Shown here: positions 30,211 through 40,380 of the stretch, in pieces
Numbering within the stretch: position 1 is the first letter of the stretch
Layout: each line of letters opens with the position of its first letter
Source of the DNA: Anaerolineae bacterium
Lineage (GTDB): Bacteria > Chloroflexota > Anaerolineae > SpSt-313
Length of the DNA stretch: 64,000 nucleotides
Assembly (NCBI GenBank): GCA_034428955.1
Contig: DAOUGZ010000316.1
Location: 285 to 64,284 of the forward strand
Direction of reading: 5' to 3'
Notes under the pieces: generated by a model
The model's database searches: none
What the model saw: only the letters and a program-made list of their open reading frames with translations
What the model was told of the DNA's origin: nothing
Translations under genes and position numbers: made by a program

Positions 30211-32785
30211 CTTGCACAAGTTTCAATCAAAGAGCCTGCCCGTGTGCTGGCTCGACACGGGCGGTTGCGCCGCCTTTGGCCGCAAGGAGCTGGAGGCCGC
30301 GCTCGAAAGCAATGGGGTGAGCCTTCTGCCGGTCAACCACTGGACGCAGAGGACGCGGGCGGATGAGTCTGTCCTCATTGTGGGCACCACCGCCAACCGC
30401 CGCATCCAGCTGTTGCTGGAAAGCGCAGGCGTCGATTACCGCCTGCCGCCGGAGAGCCTGTTCGTCCGCCGGTGCGCTATCCCCGGCGGGACGGCGCTGG
30501 TTGTGGCGGGCACCGACCAGACCGGCCTCATGTACAACCTCCTGGAGCTGGCAAGGCAGGTGCGCGTCCGCGGCCTTTCGGCCCTCGAAAAAGCCGCCGA
30601 CCTGACTGAAAGTCCGCAAAACCGCGTGCGCGGCGTGGACCGCTACCTGCTGGGCCACCTCGACGACGAGTGGTTCAAGTCGGAGGCGTTCTGGCATTAC
30701 CTGCTCGGCCGGATGGCAAAGGCCCGCTTCAACCGCTTCTGTCTGATCCTGGGCTTCGACACCGCTTATATGTCGCCGCCCTATCCCTTCTTCCTCAAGT
30801 CGGAGAAATACCCCGAGGTCACGGTGAAGGGCCTCTCCGCCGAGGGCATGGCGGAGAATCTGGCGGCGCTGCGCCGCGTCGGCGCCTTGTGCCATGCGTA
30901 CGGCATGCAGTTCGTCTTCGCCACCTGGCAGCAGCGCCCCTGGACCGAAGAACAGGACCAATTGGTGAAAAACCTCCCACAAGGGGTAGCAGCTCTGGCT
31001 GAATACTGCTATAACGGCCTTAAGGATCTGATCACCGCCGTGCCCGAGATTGACATCGTCCAGTTCCGGGTCAATCACGAGTCCGGCGTGGGCGACCAGG
31101 TATCCGCCGAGGATTTCTGGAACCGCTGCATCGACGCGGTGGCCGATACTGCGGCCGACACAGGCCGTCCGCTGATTCTGGATCTGCGCGCCAAGGGGCT
31201 CACCGACGCGATGATCGACCACGCCTTCGAGCGGGGTCTTGCGGTGGAGGTGCCCACCAAGTATTGGTGCGAGCACGCCGCGCTGCCCTACCACATCACC
31301 GTCATGCGCAGCGAGGAGCTTGCCCAGTTGGATAACTTTAACCACTCCCGGCGCTATTCCTACGCCGACATGCTGCGCAAGCCCCGCTATTACGACGTGA
31401 TCTTCCGCCTGTGGAACTATGGCTCCACCAACCTGTTTTTGTGGGGCGACGCCGATTACGCGCGGCGCTTTTCCAAGAGTTGCGGCCTGTCCGGTTCGGC
31501 GGGCTTTCAAATCAACACGCCGCTCGCCCTCAAATACGGCCACGAGCTATCTCACAAGGAAGCGTGGTATACCTTCAAAAAGCCGGAGCTGCGCCACGGC
31601 CGCTGGGAAGACGAGCGCTTCTGGATGTGGTATACCGTCTACGGCCGGCTAGGCTACAACCCCGAAGCCGACCCTGCCGTCTGGCGGGACGAGTTCACGG
31701 CCCGGTTCGGCGCGGCGGGTCCCCTGCTGGAGCAGGCCCTTTCCGCCGCCAGCAAGATCGTGCCTTTGGTCACCACCGCCCACATGCCGGTGCATCCCTC
31801 CCTGCGCTACTGGACCGAACTGAACACAGGCTGGGCGCTGTTCGAAGAGAACAACTTGAACCAGCCCAAGCATTATGACTGGCAGCACGGCATCACCTAC
31901 GGCAGCACGGAGCCGAGCGATCACGGCCTGTTCTACGGCGTGGACGAGTACGTGGCCGACCTGAGACTGGGCAAGCTCCAGGGCAAGTATTCGCCGTTGC
32001 AGGTCGCCCAGTGGCTGGACGATCTGGCGGCGGAAACCCTGGCGGCCTTCGGGGCGGCCGGAACGGTAGACAGCCCCGAATATCGCGCCATGGCCGTCGA
32101 CCTGAACATGCTGGCCGATTTTGCCCGCTACCACGCCGAAAAGCTGCGCGCCGCCACCGCGCTCGCCTTCTGGCGCGCCACCTCGGACGGCGGCCGCCTC
32201 TCGGATGCTGCCCTGCTGCTGGACCGCGCCATCGCCCACTGGAAATCCCTGGCGGAGCGGGGGAGCGACAACTACTACCACGATCTGAACTTTAGCTCCG
32301 CTGGCTCCGAAACCCGCCGCGGCACCTGGGCCGACCTGACCCGGGAGCTGGAGGGGGACCGCACTACGCTGGCCAGCCTTCTGACGGAAAACGGCGTTGC
32401 AGCGAGAGAGGCGCTGTCCGCCTGCTACGAACCGGCCCGCCTGCCGGTGGATAGCCGCCAGATTGCCCTGGACTGGCCGGAAACGGCGCGTGCGGGCTGC
32501 CCGCTGCGCATCGAGGTGGCGGCCGCTGCTTTCGCCGAGGCCGAGGCTGTGCCCATCCTCCACTACCGCCACACCGATCAGACCGAGGGATTGTTCCACA
32601 CCCTCCCGATGGAACGCACCGCCACCGGCTATGCCGCCACCATCTCGGCGGACTATGTCACGGCCCAGTGGGACCTGTTGCTCTATGTTACGGTACAGGG
32701 GCCGTCTGGCGCTTGTCTCATGCTGCCGGGGGTGTATCACACCATTTACCCCTATCCCTACCACGTCGTTACCGTGGTAAAGTAA
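30211..32785 (+). CDS. Large glycoside-hydrolase-like protein with a GH20/GH67/GH115/DUF4838-type N-terminal domain; family undetermined
   Basis: N-terminal GTDQTGLMYNLLELAR motif typical of the GH20b/GH67N domain, then a TIM-barrel-like region. Likely TTG start at 30211 after AAAGGAGAGG. Its position inside a sugar-ABC operon supports a CAZyme role. Confidence 0.6.
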
Positions 32786-32895
32786 CTTGCTGGGCTTATT
32801 TCACTTCCGCGCCATAGCGCGGCCTCCCGAGATACTTCCCTGGATTGGCGGAGGAGCGCCGCACCCGAATCCTCCGAGGAAAGGAATGGTTTACT

Positions 32896-34269
32896 ATGAG
32901 CCCCCAGTACATACAAGAGAACCTGCAAACTCCCGTTAACTACGAATGCGACGTCCTTGTCGCCGGAGGCGGCACGGCAGGCGTCGTTGCCGCCTTAGCC
33001 GCCGCCCGCAACGGCGCAAAGACCATCCTGATCGACCGCTACGGCTTCCTCGGCGGCACCATGCTCAACGGCGCGGGGCCGCTGCACAGCTTTTTCAATC
33101 TCTATAAGGCCTTCCCCGGCGCAGAGAAGGTGCAGGTGGTCCGCGGCATCCCCAGCGAAATCGTCGACCGCCTGGTGGCTGTGGGCGGCTCGCCCGGCCA
33201 TCTCGAGCAAGAGAAGGGCGGCAGCTACGACTCCGTCATCACGCTGATTGACTGGGAGATTTTCAAAGGCGTCATCTTCGACATGATGGAGGAGGCGGGA
33301 GTTCGCCTGCTGCTGCACACCATGGTGGTCGACGCCGTCCGCGAGGGGAACAAGGTCATCGGCGCGATCATCGAGGGCAAGTCCGGCCGCGAGGCGATCC
33401 TGGCCCACACGGTCATCGACGCCACCGGCGACGGCGACCTGGCCGCCAAGGCGGGCGCCAAGTTCATCAAGCAGCACGCCACGACCAAGGTGGGCATGCC
33501 CTTCGGCATGATGAACGTGGATTTGCCCCGCTTGGTGGCGTTCCTCGAAGAGAACGACATGGTCAACCAGATCGTCCGGGCGGACAAGGGCAGCAGCGTC
33601 GACGACATTGTCCGCCTGGGCTTCGAGCTGCGCAAGCTACCCCTGTTCCGGGAATACATGGACAAGACCGGCATGTGGGGCCCGCTGGGCGCTTCCCTTC
33701 ATGAGTACAATTACACCTACATCAACGGCACCTCCATCTCGAACGTGGATGCCACCGACACCGAGACGCTCTCCAAGGCGGAGGTCACCCTGCGCAAGCA
33801 GGTTATGACGCTGTCGGCCATGCTCAAGGAGCATATCCCAGGCTTCGAGAACGCCTACCTCAGTTGGACGCCGGTCAGCGTGGGCATCCGCTACACCCGC
33901 GTCATCGAGTGCGGCCACGACATGTCGCTCGACGAGATCGTGAACGCCCAGCGCTTCGACGACGAGGTGATGCTCTACGGCTTCCACGACTGCGCCCCCC
34001 GCATCATGATCAAAGACGCCGGCTACTACGGCATCCCTTACAGGGCATTCCTGCCCAACGGCGTGGAAGGACTGCTGGTGGCGGGCCGCCTGATCACCAG
34101 CGTGTGGGAGGCCCATATGTCCACCCGCAACACCGTTTCCTGCATGGCGCAGGGTCAGGCCGTCGGCACCGCTGCCGCCCTCGCCGCCAAACAGAACAAG
34201 CAGCCCCGCGACTTGGACGTGCAGCAGCTGCGCACAGTCCTCAAGGAGCAAGGGGTTTTCCTCGGCTGA
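32896..34269 (+). CDS. FAD-dependent oxidoreductase (pfam12831-like; GGGTAG dinucleotide-binding motif)
   Basis: DVLVAGGGTAGVVAALAAARNG and a C-terminal GAAAALAA segment; GAGGAAAGG RBS. Trimmed to M18 of the tracked ORF. Confidence 0.8.
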   Translation: MSPQYIQENLQTPVNYECDVLVAGGGTAGVVAALAAARNGAKTILIDRYGFLGGTMLNGAGPLHSFFNLYKAFPGAEKVQVVRGIPSEIVDRLVAVGGSPGHLEQEKGGSYDSVITLIDWEIFKGVIFDMMEEAGVRLLLHTMVVDAVREGNKVIGAIIEGKSGREAILAHTVIDATGDGDLAAKAGAKFIKQHATTKVGMPFGMMNVDLPRLVAFLEENDMVNQIVRADKGSSVDDIVRLGFELRKLPLFREYMDKTGMWGPLGASLHEYNYTYINGTSISNVDATDTETLSKAEVTLRKQVMTLSAMLKEHIPGFENAYLSWTPVSVGIRYTRVIECGHDMSLDEIVNAQRFDDEVMLYGFHDCAPRIMIKDAGYYGIPYRAFLPNGVEGLLVAGRLITSVWEAHMSTRNTVSCMAQGQAVGTAAALAAKQNKQPRDLDVQQLRTVLKEQGVFLG

Positions 34270-34342
34270 GAAACACACGGTTCGTCCGGGCTTATCCATC
34301 GGAATAAGCCCGGACGAACCGTCCTTTGAGAGGAGCAAACCC

Positions 34343-36013
34343 ATGCGCGTCGCAGAAGTGGTCGTCCGCATTCTCGAAAGCGAAGGCATCGAGGCCGCCT
34401 TCGGCATCCCCGGCGCCGCCATCAACCCGGTTTACGAGTACCTGGGCGCCTCGAAGCAGATCAAGCACTATATCGCCCGCCACGAAGAGGGCGCCGTGCA
34501 TGCGGCCGACGGTTACTATCGTGCTTCGGGCCACATGGCCCTGGCCATCTGCACCTCCGGCCCGGCGGCGACCAATTTCGTCACCGGCCTCTACACGGCC
34601 CAGGTCGACTCCATCCCCCTCATCGCCATTACCGGCCAGAACGTGCGCGCCCAACTGGGCAAAGAAGCCTTTCAGTGTGTAGATATCGCCGCCATCGCCC
34701 GGCCTGTGTGCAAGGGCGCCTGGTGCATCACCGAGCCCAACCAGGTGCCGTCGATCATGCGCGAGGCCTTCCGCCTGGCACGCGAAGGGCGCCCCAGCCC
34801 GGTGCTCATTGACCTACCGCTCGACGTGCAGATGGCCGATATCGCCTACGACCCGGCCGCCGATGCGCCGCTGCCGTTGCACAAGCCGGCACCCAACCCG
34901 GACCAGATCGCCCGCGCTGTGGATATGCTGCTCGCCGCCGAAAAGCCGGTCATCATCATGGGCGGGGGCGTGCTCCTTGCCCAGGCAAGCGACAAGCTGA
35001 TCCGTCTTGCCGAGCACCTCTCGTTGCCGGTAATCACCACCTACATGGCCACGGGCGGCATCCCCGCCAGCCATCCCCTGCACGTGGGGCATATAGGCAT
35101 CCAGGTAGGCACACCTTTCGGCAACCGCTTCTTCCTCGACTCGGACCTGGTGCTGGGCATCGGCTGCCGTTTCTCCGACCGCCACACCGGGGCGCTGGAT
35201 GTCTACACCCACGGCCGGCGCTTTATCCACATCAATATCGAGCCTTCGCACATTGGGCGCATCGTCCCCACAGCGTTGGGCATCGTGTCCGACGCCGGCC
35301 TGGCCCTCGATGCGTTGCTCGCGGAGGCTCAGCGCCGCACCCCTGCGCGCCCACCGTCGGCCCGGGTGGCGGCGATCCCTGCCAAGCGGGCGCGGTTGGC
35401 CCGCCGCACCGACTATGACCAGGTGCCGATCAAGCCGCAGCGCGTCTACCAGGAGATGAACGACTTTTTCGGCCCGGATACCATCTTTACCACCGGCTGC
35501 GGCCTTAACCAAATCTGGTCGGGGCAGTTGCAGAGCGTGGAGCGGCCCTACACGTACCTGCCTTCGGGCGGGGCAGGCACCCTCGGCTACGACCTGCCGG
35601 CGGCCATCGGCGCCAAGATCGCACGGCCCGAGTCGACGGCAGTGGCGGTGATGGGCGATGGGGGCTTTTGCTTCATGATGGAAGAGCTGGCCATGGCCTG
35701 CCAGCACCAAGTGCCGGTCATCGTGGTCATCATCAACAACGGCTACCTGAGCCTGATACGCCAGAACCAACGCTACGCTTACGAATACGAGCACGGAGTG
35801 GACCTGACCTACAACGGCCGGGGCATCGATTTCGTGCGCGTGGCCGAGGGCTTTGGCGCCTACGGCGAGCGGGTGGAGCGACCCGAGGACCTGCGTGGAG
35901 CCTTCCAACGCGCCGTGGAGGCCGGCAAGCCGGCGGTCATCGACGTCATCGTCGAGCGTGAGACCGACTGCTCGATGGGCGCTAGCCTCGACAAGGTGCG
36001 CGAGTTCGAGTAG
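34343..36013 (+). CDS. gcl: Glyoxylate carboligase (tartronate-semialdehyde synthase), TPP enzyme
   Basis: Collinear with E. coli Gcl from memory: FGIPGAAINP; DSIPLIAITGQ; VDIAAIARPV; SPVLIDLPLDVQMADIAYDP; VPIKPQRVYQEMN; LSLIRQNQR; C-terminal SMGASLDKVREFE. Confidence 0.75.
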   Translation: MRVAEVVVRILESEGIEAAFGIPGAAINPVYEYLGASKQIKHYIARHEEGAVHAADGYYRASGHMALAICTSGPAATNFVTGLYTAQVDSIPLIAITGQNVRAQLGKEAFQCVDIAAIARPVCKGAWCITEPNQVPSIMREAFRLAREGRPSPVLIDLPLDVQMADIAYDPAADAPLPLHKPAPNPDQIARAVDMLLAAEKPVIIMGGGVLLAQASDKLIRLAEHLSLPVITTYMATGGIPASHPLHVGHIGIQVGTPFGNRFFLDSDLVLGIGCRFSDRHTGALDVYTHGRRFIHINIEPSHIGRIVPTALGIVSDAGLALDALLAEAQRRTPARPPSARVAAIPAKRARLARRTDYDQVPIKPQRVYQEMNDFFGPDTIFTTGCGLNQIWSGQLQSVERPYTYLPSGGAGTLGYDLPAAIGAKIARPESTAVAVMGDGGFCFMMEELAMACQHQVPVIVVIINNGYLSLIRQNQRYAYEYEHGVDLTYNGRGIDFVRVAEGFGAYGERVERPEDLRGAFQRAVEAGKPAVIDVIVERETDCSMGASLDKVREFE

Positions 36014-36061
36014 CCCAACGAGGGGGGTGTGGGGGGCGCTGCCCCCCACACCCCTCCTACC

Positions 36062-36874
36062 TTAGGCAGGCTGGAGGACCACGGCCTCGCCGTGCTCGCC
36101 AATCCAATAGCGCAGGCCGGGGTACTTGACGTCCATGTAGGCGGCAAAGAGCTGCGGGTCCTCCGAGTTGTTGGAAAACATCTCATAGTGCCCCGGCACG
36201 GTCAGGCGTGGGCGGAGGGCGCCGGCCAGGTCTACCGCCTCTTGATAGGTCATGTTGCCGATGCAGTTTCGGGCATAGCGCTCGGCATCGCGGCCGTTGA
36301 TGGGCAGGAAGGCCAGGTCAAAGCGCCAGCGCGAGAGCTTGGCCAGCAACCCCTCGTACCAGACCGTATCGCCGGTGTGCAGGATGGTCACGCCGCCGGC
36401 CTCGACCACATAGCAGAGGTAAGGGTAGCCCAGCTCAGGGTCGCGGTCCAGGAACTCGTGGGCCGCGGCGACGGCGGTGATGCGCACCCCATCCTCTTCG
36501 TGCGTCAGGCCGTCGTCCAGGGCCACAATCCGCCCCTCAGGCACGCCCAACTCGCGCACGTGCGCACTGGCCACACGCGAGCAGACAAAGCGCGCCTGCG
36601 GCGAGGCGGCAGCAATGCCCGGCACGGCCACGGGGTCGATGTGGTCGAGATGGTCGTGGCTGCCCAGGACCCAGTCGGCGTGGGTCACCTCCTCCGGCGC
36701 GACCAGGGGCGGGACGTTGCGCCCGGCGTGCGGCATGAGGAAGGGATCGAAGTAGAGAACCTTGCCGGCGACCTTGACGATGTAGCTGAGCTGCCCCAGC
36801 CACCAAAAGGCGACGGCGCCCTCGGCCAAATCAAGGCCGTTAACGTCAGCGATGAGTGCCTTGCCTGTCTTCAT
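36062..36874 (-). CDS. MBL-fold metallo-hydrolase (UlaG-like lactonase/hydrolase superfamily)
   Basis: HxHxDH motif (GSHDHLDHID) and downstream His/Asp ligands. Trimmed to M26. Confidence 0.75.
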   Translation of the reverse strand: MKTGKALIADVNGLDLAEGAVAFWWLGQLSYIVKVAGKVLYFDPFLMPHAGRNVPPLVAPEEVTHADWVLGSHDHLDHIDPVAVPGIAAASPQARFVCSRVASAHVRELGVPEGRIVALDDGLTHEEDGVRITAVAAAHEFLDRDPELGYPYLCYVVEAGGVTILHTGDTVWYEGLLAKLSRWRFDLAFLPINGRDAERYARNCIGNMTYQEAVDLAGALRPRLTVPGHYEMFSNNSEDPQLFAAYMDVKYPGLRYWIGEHGEAVVLQPA

Positions 36875-36906
36875 GCTCCCTCCAGTCTTGGTCCGGCTGC
36901 CGGCGC

Positions 36907-37731
36907 TCAGCGTCCGGCCAGGATCTCGGCCGCGCGCCGGAAACCGCACTCGGCGCTGGTGAACACGGGTACGCCAAACTCGGCAGGCGAGTCGGGGTAC
37001 GAAAAGGCGAACACAGCCATGGAAAGCTGGGCCAGGACGACGCAGCCAATCTCCTCGCGGCTGAGGCAGGCGCGGATTCCCTCAGCCAGGGCCCGGTTAT
37101 GGCCCTGCACGTCGCCCACGGCCAGCCGCTGCCACGCCTCTTCGACGGTCAGGCCGCTAAAGGTGACCTCGCAGCCCATCTCCGCCGCCGCCTCTTGCAG
37201 GAGCGCCTGGGTGCTGGCCACCGTGGGGCCGTGGGTGGCGACGACGAGCACGCGCCCGCCGTGGGCCACCGCCCGCTCCATCATCGGCCGGTCGATCTGC
37301 AGGACGGGCACGCCATAGGGCGAGAGGGCTTGCTCCACCTGGGCGTAAGCCCGGTTCATCGTCGAGCAGGTAATGAGCACCGCGTCGACCTGGGCCAACT
37401 CGACCAGGTCCTTGGCATAGCGCACAAAGGCATCGATATTAGGCTGGGGCGGGCAGGGCAGCCCCTGCTCATGCGCGGCCATAAAGTTGAGCTGCACCGC
37501 CTCGTTGCCCACGTTGACCAGGTGCACCCCAGGCAGGTACAGCCGCCCGAAATAGTTGGCCCAAAGGGTGATCCACGACGAGCCGTTCAGCAGGCCCAGC
37601 CGTTTGCCCCGTAGGGGCAGGGCGACCTCGCTCCCACATTCCACGGGTTCGGGCCCCAGGTGCGCCACGCCGGTCACCCGTAGATAGCTGGCGAAAAGAT
37701 CGAAAGGGTTGATATCGGCCAAGTCCGTCAC
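36907..37731 (-). CDS. Asp/Glu/hydantoin racemase superfamily protein (putative isomerase/racemase/decarboxylase)
   Basis: Two-Cys architecture (ITCSTM ... second domain) reminiscent of maleate isomerase/AMDase-like folds. Assignment is tentative. Confidence 0.5.
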   Translation of the reverse strand: MTDLADINPFDLFASYLRVTGVAHLGPEPVECGSEVALPLRGKRLGLLNGSSWITLWANYFGRLYLPGVHLVNVGNEAVQLNFMAAHEQGLPCPPQPNIDAFVRYAKDLVELAQVDAVLITCSTMNRAYAQVEQALSPYGVPVLQIDRPMMERAVAHGGRVLVVATHGPTVASTQALLQEAAAEMGCEVTFSGLTVEEAWQRLAVGDVQGHNRALAEGIRACLSREEIGCVVLAQLSMAVFAFSYPDSPAEFGVPVFTSAECGFRRAAEILAGR

Positions 37732-38672
37732 CGCAGTGCCTCCCGTGCCTCGATGGCCTCGCGCGCCGCGGCGGCAATGTCTTCAGGCCGCAGGCGATAC
37801 TCGGCCAGCAACTCGGCGACTCCGCCGCTCTCGATGAAGCGATCCTGCACGCCGATGCGCCGCAGCACGGCCGGCGCCCGCTCGCCGAGGACCTCGGCCA
37901 CGGCGCTGCCCAACCCACCGATGACCGAGGCGTTCTCTGCCGTGACCACGGCGCCCGTCTTGCGGGCCGACTCAGCGATCAGGTCCTCATCAATGGGCTT
38001 GACCGAGCCGTAGTGCAACACATCCGCCCAAATGCCGTCGCGGGCCAAAAGGTCCGCCGCCTGCAAGCAAAAGCCCGTCATCATGCCGGTGCCGATGAGG
38101 GTCACGTCGGCCCCCTCGCGCAGCCGGTGGCCCCGCCCCCAGGCGAACTGATGGCCCTCGCCGAAAAGATCGGGCAGGGTGTAGCGGGTGACGCGGAAAT
38201 AGACCGGCCCCTCGGTCAGCACCGCCGCGCGCATCATGGAGCGCAGTTCCCAGTTGTCCCCCGGATCGGCCACGCGCATGTGGGGCATACCACGCATAAT
38301 GGCCATATCGGTGACGGCATTGTGCGAAGCGCCGGCCCGGCTGGTGGGGATGCCCACATAAGAGCCGGGGATCTTGACGTTCAGCTTGGGGTAGGCGATG
38401 CTGATCGACACCTGGTCCAACGCTCGCTTGGCCGCGAACACGGCAAAGGTGCAGGGGAAGGGAATGTACCCCTGCGTGGCCAGCCCGGCGGCGATGCCGA
38501 ACATGTTCTGCTCGGCGATGCCGCATTGGATAAAGCGAGCCGGAAAGGCCTGCTTAAAGTATACGGCCTTGCTGGAGGTGTGCAAATCCGCGTCGAGCAC
38601 GATAATATTGGGGAACTCGTGCCCCAGCTCGAGCAGGGTTTTGCCGAACACGTCGCGCATTTCCTCGGGCAT
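37728..38672 (-). CDS. Transketolase, C-terminal (pyrimidine-binding plus C-terminal domain) subunit of a split transketolase
   Basis: FIQCGIAEQNMFGIAAGLA and GASHNAVTDMA motifs. ATG 38672 after GGAGAATGAGAGG. Confidence 0.9.
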   Translation of the reverse strand: MPEEMRDVFGKTLLELGHEFPNIIVLDADLHTSSKAVYFKQAFPARFIQCGIAEQNMFGIAAGLATQGYIPFPCTFAVFAAKRALDQVSISIAYPKLNVKIPGSYVGIPTSRAGASHNAVTDMAIMRGMPHMRVADPGDNWELRSMMRAAVLTEGPVYFRVTRYTLPDLFGEGHQFAWGRGHRLREGADVTLIGTGMMTGFCLQAADLLARDGIWADVLHYGSVKPIDEDLIAESARKTGAVVTAENASVIGGLGSAVAEVLGERAPAVLRRIGVQDRFIESGGVAELLAEYRLRPEDIAAAAREAIEAREALR

Positions 38673-38682
38673 GGTCAGCCTC

Positions 38683-39594
38683 TCATTCTCCACCGTAGAA
38701 CTTTTCCTTGGCCACCGGGTCGTCGAGCTTGCTGTAGCCTTCCGCCGGCCGGCCATAGTTGCGAGCCAGGCGGCGCAGCATGGCATCGGCATCCTCCGGG
38801 TCCGGCGCCTGGGTGTGCCACTTGTAGTTGAACTCGGTCTGGCTCAGGCCCTTGCCCTTGACGGTGTGGGCGATGATCGCCACGGGGGCGCCGTGGACAC
38901 GCACGTGACGCGCCGCGTGCAGCGTCTGCAGCAGGGCTTCGATGTCGTGCCCGTCAACCTCCAGCACCTCCCAGCCAAAGGCCCGCCACTTGTCGGCAAA
39001 GGGCTCCAGGGTCATCTCCTCCCAGATAAAGCCCTTGGCCATGACCTTGTTATAGTCCACGATGGCGATGAGGTTATCCAGGTGATAGTGGGCCGCCGAC
39101 ATGGCCGCCTCCCACACCTGGCCCTCGTCGCACTCGCCGTCGCCCAGCAGGCAGTAGACGCGGTTGTAGGGCATCTCGCGGAAGCGAAAGCCCAGGGCCA
39201 TGCCCACGCTGATGGAGAGCCCCTGGCCCAGCGGCCCGCCGGAAGACTCGAGCCCGGGCGTGCGGGTCATGTCGGTGTGCCCCTCCAGGCGCCCGCCCAG
39301 CTCGCAGTAGGTATAGACCTCCTCCAGCGGGAAAAAGCCGCGCAGGGCCAGGGCGGCATAGAGGGCCGGCGAGGCGTGAGCCTTGGAGAGGACAAAGCGG
39401 TCCCGCTCCTCCCAGCGGGGGTTCTGCGGGTCCACCTGCAACTCGCGGAAGTAGAGGCAGGCCAAAAGCTCGGCAATGGAAAAGGCGCCGCCGACATGCC
39501 CCCAGCGGCCGTAGGTGATCATCTCCAGGCTCAACCGGCGGATCCGGTAGGCGATTTCCTCCAGCCGGTCAATCTCTTGGGGTTTGAGGCGCAT
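38683..39594 (-). CDS. Transketolase, N-terminal (TPP-binding) subunit of a split transketolase
   Basis: GHVGGAFS, CLLGDGECDEGQVWEAA, and TPP-binding GDG...N motifs. Confidence 0.9.
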   Translation of the reverse strand: MRLKPQEIDRLEEIAYRIRRLSLEMITYGRWGHVGGAFSIAELLACLYFRELQVDPQNPRWEERDRFVLSKAHASPALYAALALRGFFPLEEVYTYCELGGRLEGHTDMTRTPGLESSGGPLGQGLSISVGMALGFRFREMPYNRVYCLLGDGECDEGQVWEAAMSAAHYHLDNLIAIVDYNKVMAKGFIWEEMTLEPFADKWRAFGWEVLEVDGHDIEALLQTLHAARHVRVHGAPVAIIAHTVKGKGLSQTEFNYKWHTQAPDPEDADAMLRRLARNYGRPAEGYSKLDDPVAKEKFYGGE

Positions 39595-39629
39595 AGAGGC
39601 AGTCTCCTTTCAAGGAAGCGCTACCCGCG

Positions 39630-40380
39630 TCAAGGGCGAGGCGCACACGCCGCGGCAAACTCGGCACCGATGACGGTGTATCCCACCGTCTCCTCGAACC
39701 AGGCGACCCAGCGGGCGGTATTCTCCAGATTCGCCACGCTCTCCGGCGTCTCCCCGGCGAGGGTGCCGTCGCGCAGCCAGATGACGGTATAGTTGCGATA
39801 GAGGGCGTCGAGGGCGGTGGCGGCCAGGCAGACGTTGGCCCACAGCCCGGCACAGACCAGATTGCGCACCCCCAGGTTGCGCAGGGCCGTGTCCAGCCGG
39901 GTGTCGAAAAAGCCGCTGTAGACGTGCTTGCGAATGTAGGGCTCGCCCTCGCGCGGCGCCAGGCGGGGGGATATCTTGAGCGGCCCGGCAGGCCCGCCGT
40001 GGTATTCACGCGAGTCCACGCCGCCCTCGGCGAATGTGCGGTTAAAGGTGTCGGGCACACCATCGAGGCTCCAGCTACGGGCGAAATGGGCGCCAAAGGC
40101 CGAGCGTTCGAGCGCGATGCGCGGCGCGCTGTTCATGGCATAGAGCACCGGCAGGCCCACGGCGCGGGCCGCGTCGAGGGCCAGGGCGATGCGCCCCTCC
40201 ATGCGCTGCAGGTGAGGCACGAGGGGGTCCGCCGGGTCGCCCCAGTCGCCGCGTTTTTGGTCGTTGTAGTAGACGTCTACGAGGAGCAACCCCGTCTCCG
40301 AACGCGACAGGAGCAGGTCCTCGTGCCGCTCCTCTCCCGAGTGGGTGTAGCGGCCGCATAATGCGAGGGCTTTGCTCATC
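39630..40380 (-). CDS. Isochorismatase-family cysteine hydrolase
   Basis: LLLVDVYYND, VYSGFFDTRLDTALRNLGVRNLVCAGLWANVCL. ATG overlaps the upstream stop (TGATG). The tracked ORF has a spurious 210-codon N-terminal extension. Confidence 0.8.

Noticed and set aside
30227-32764. Two long ORFs (438 and 371 aa) antisense to the 860-aa GH-like gene
   Set aside because: Shadow ORFs. The plus-strand gene has an RBS, an operon context and domain signal.
34814-36049. 411-aa ORF antisense to gcl
   Set aside because: It is opposite a gene with full-length Gcl collinearity.
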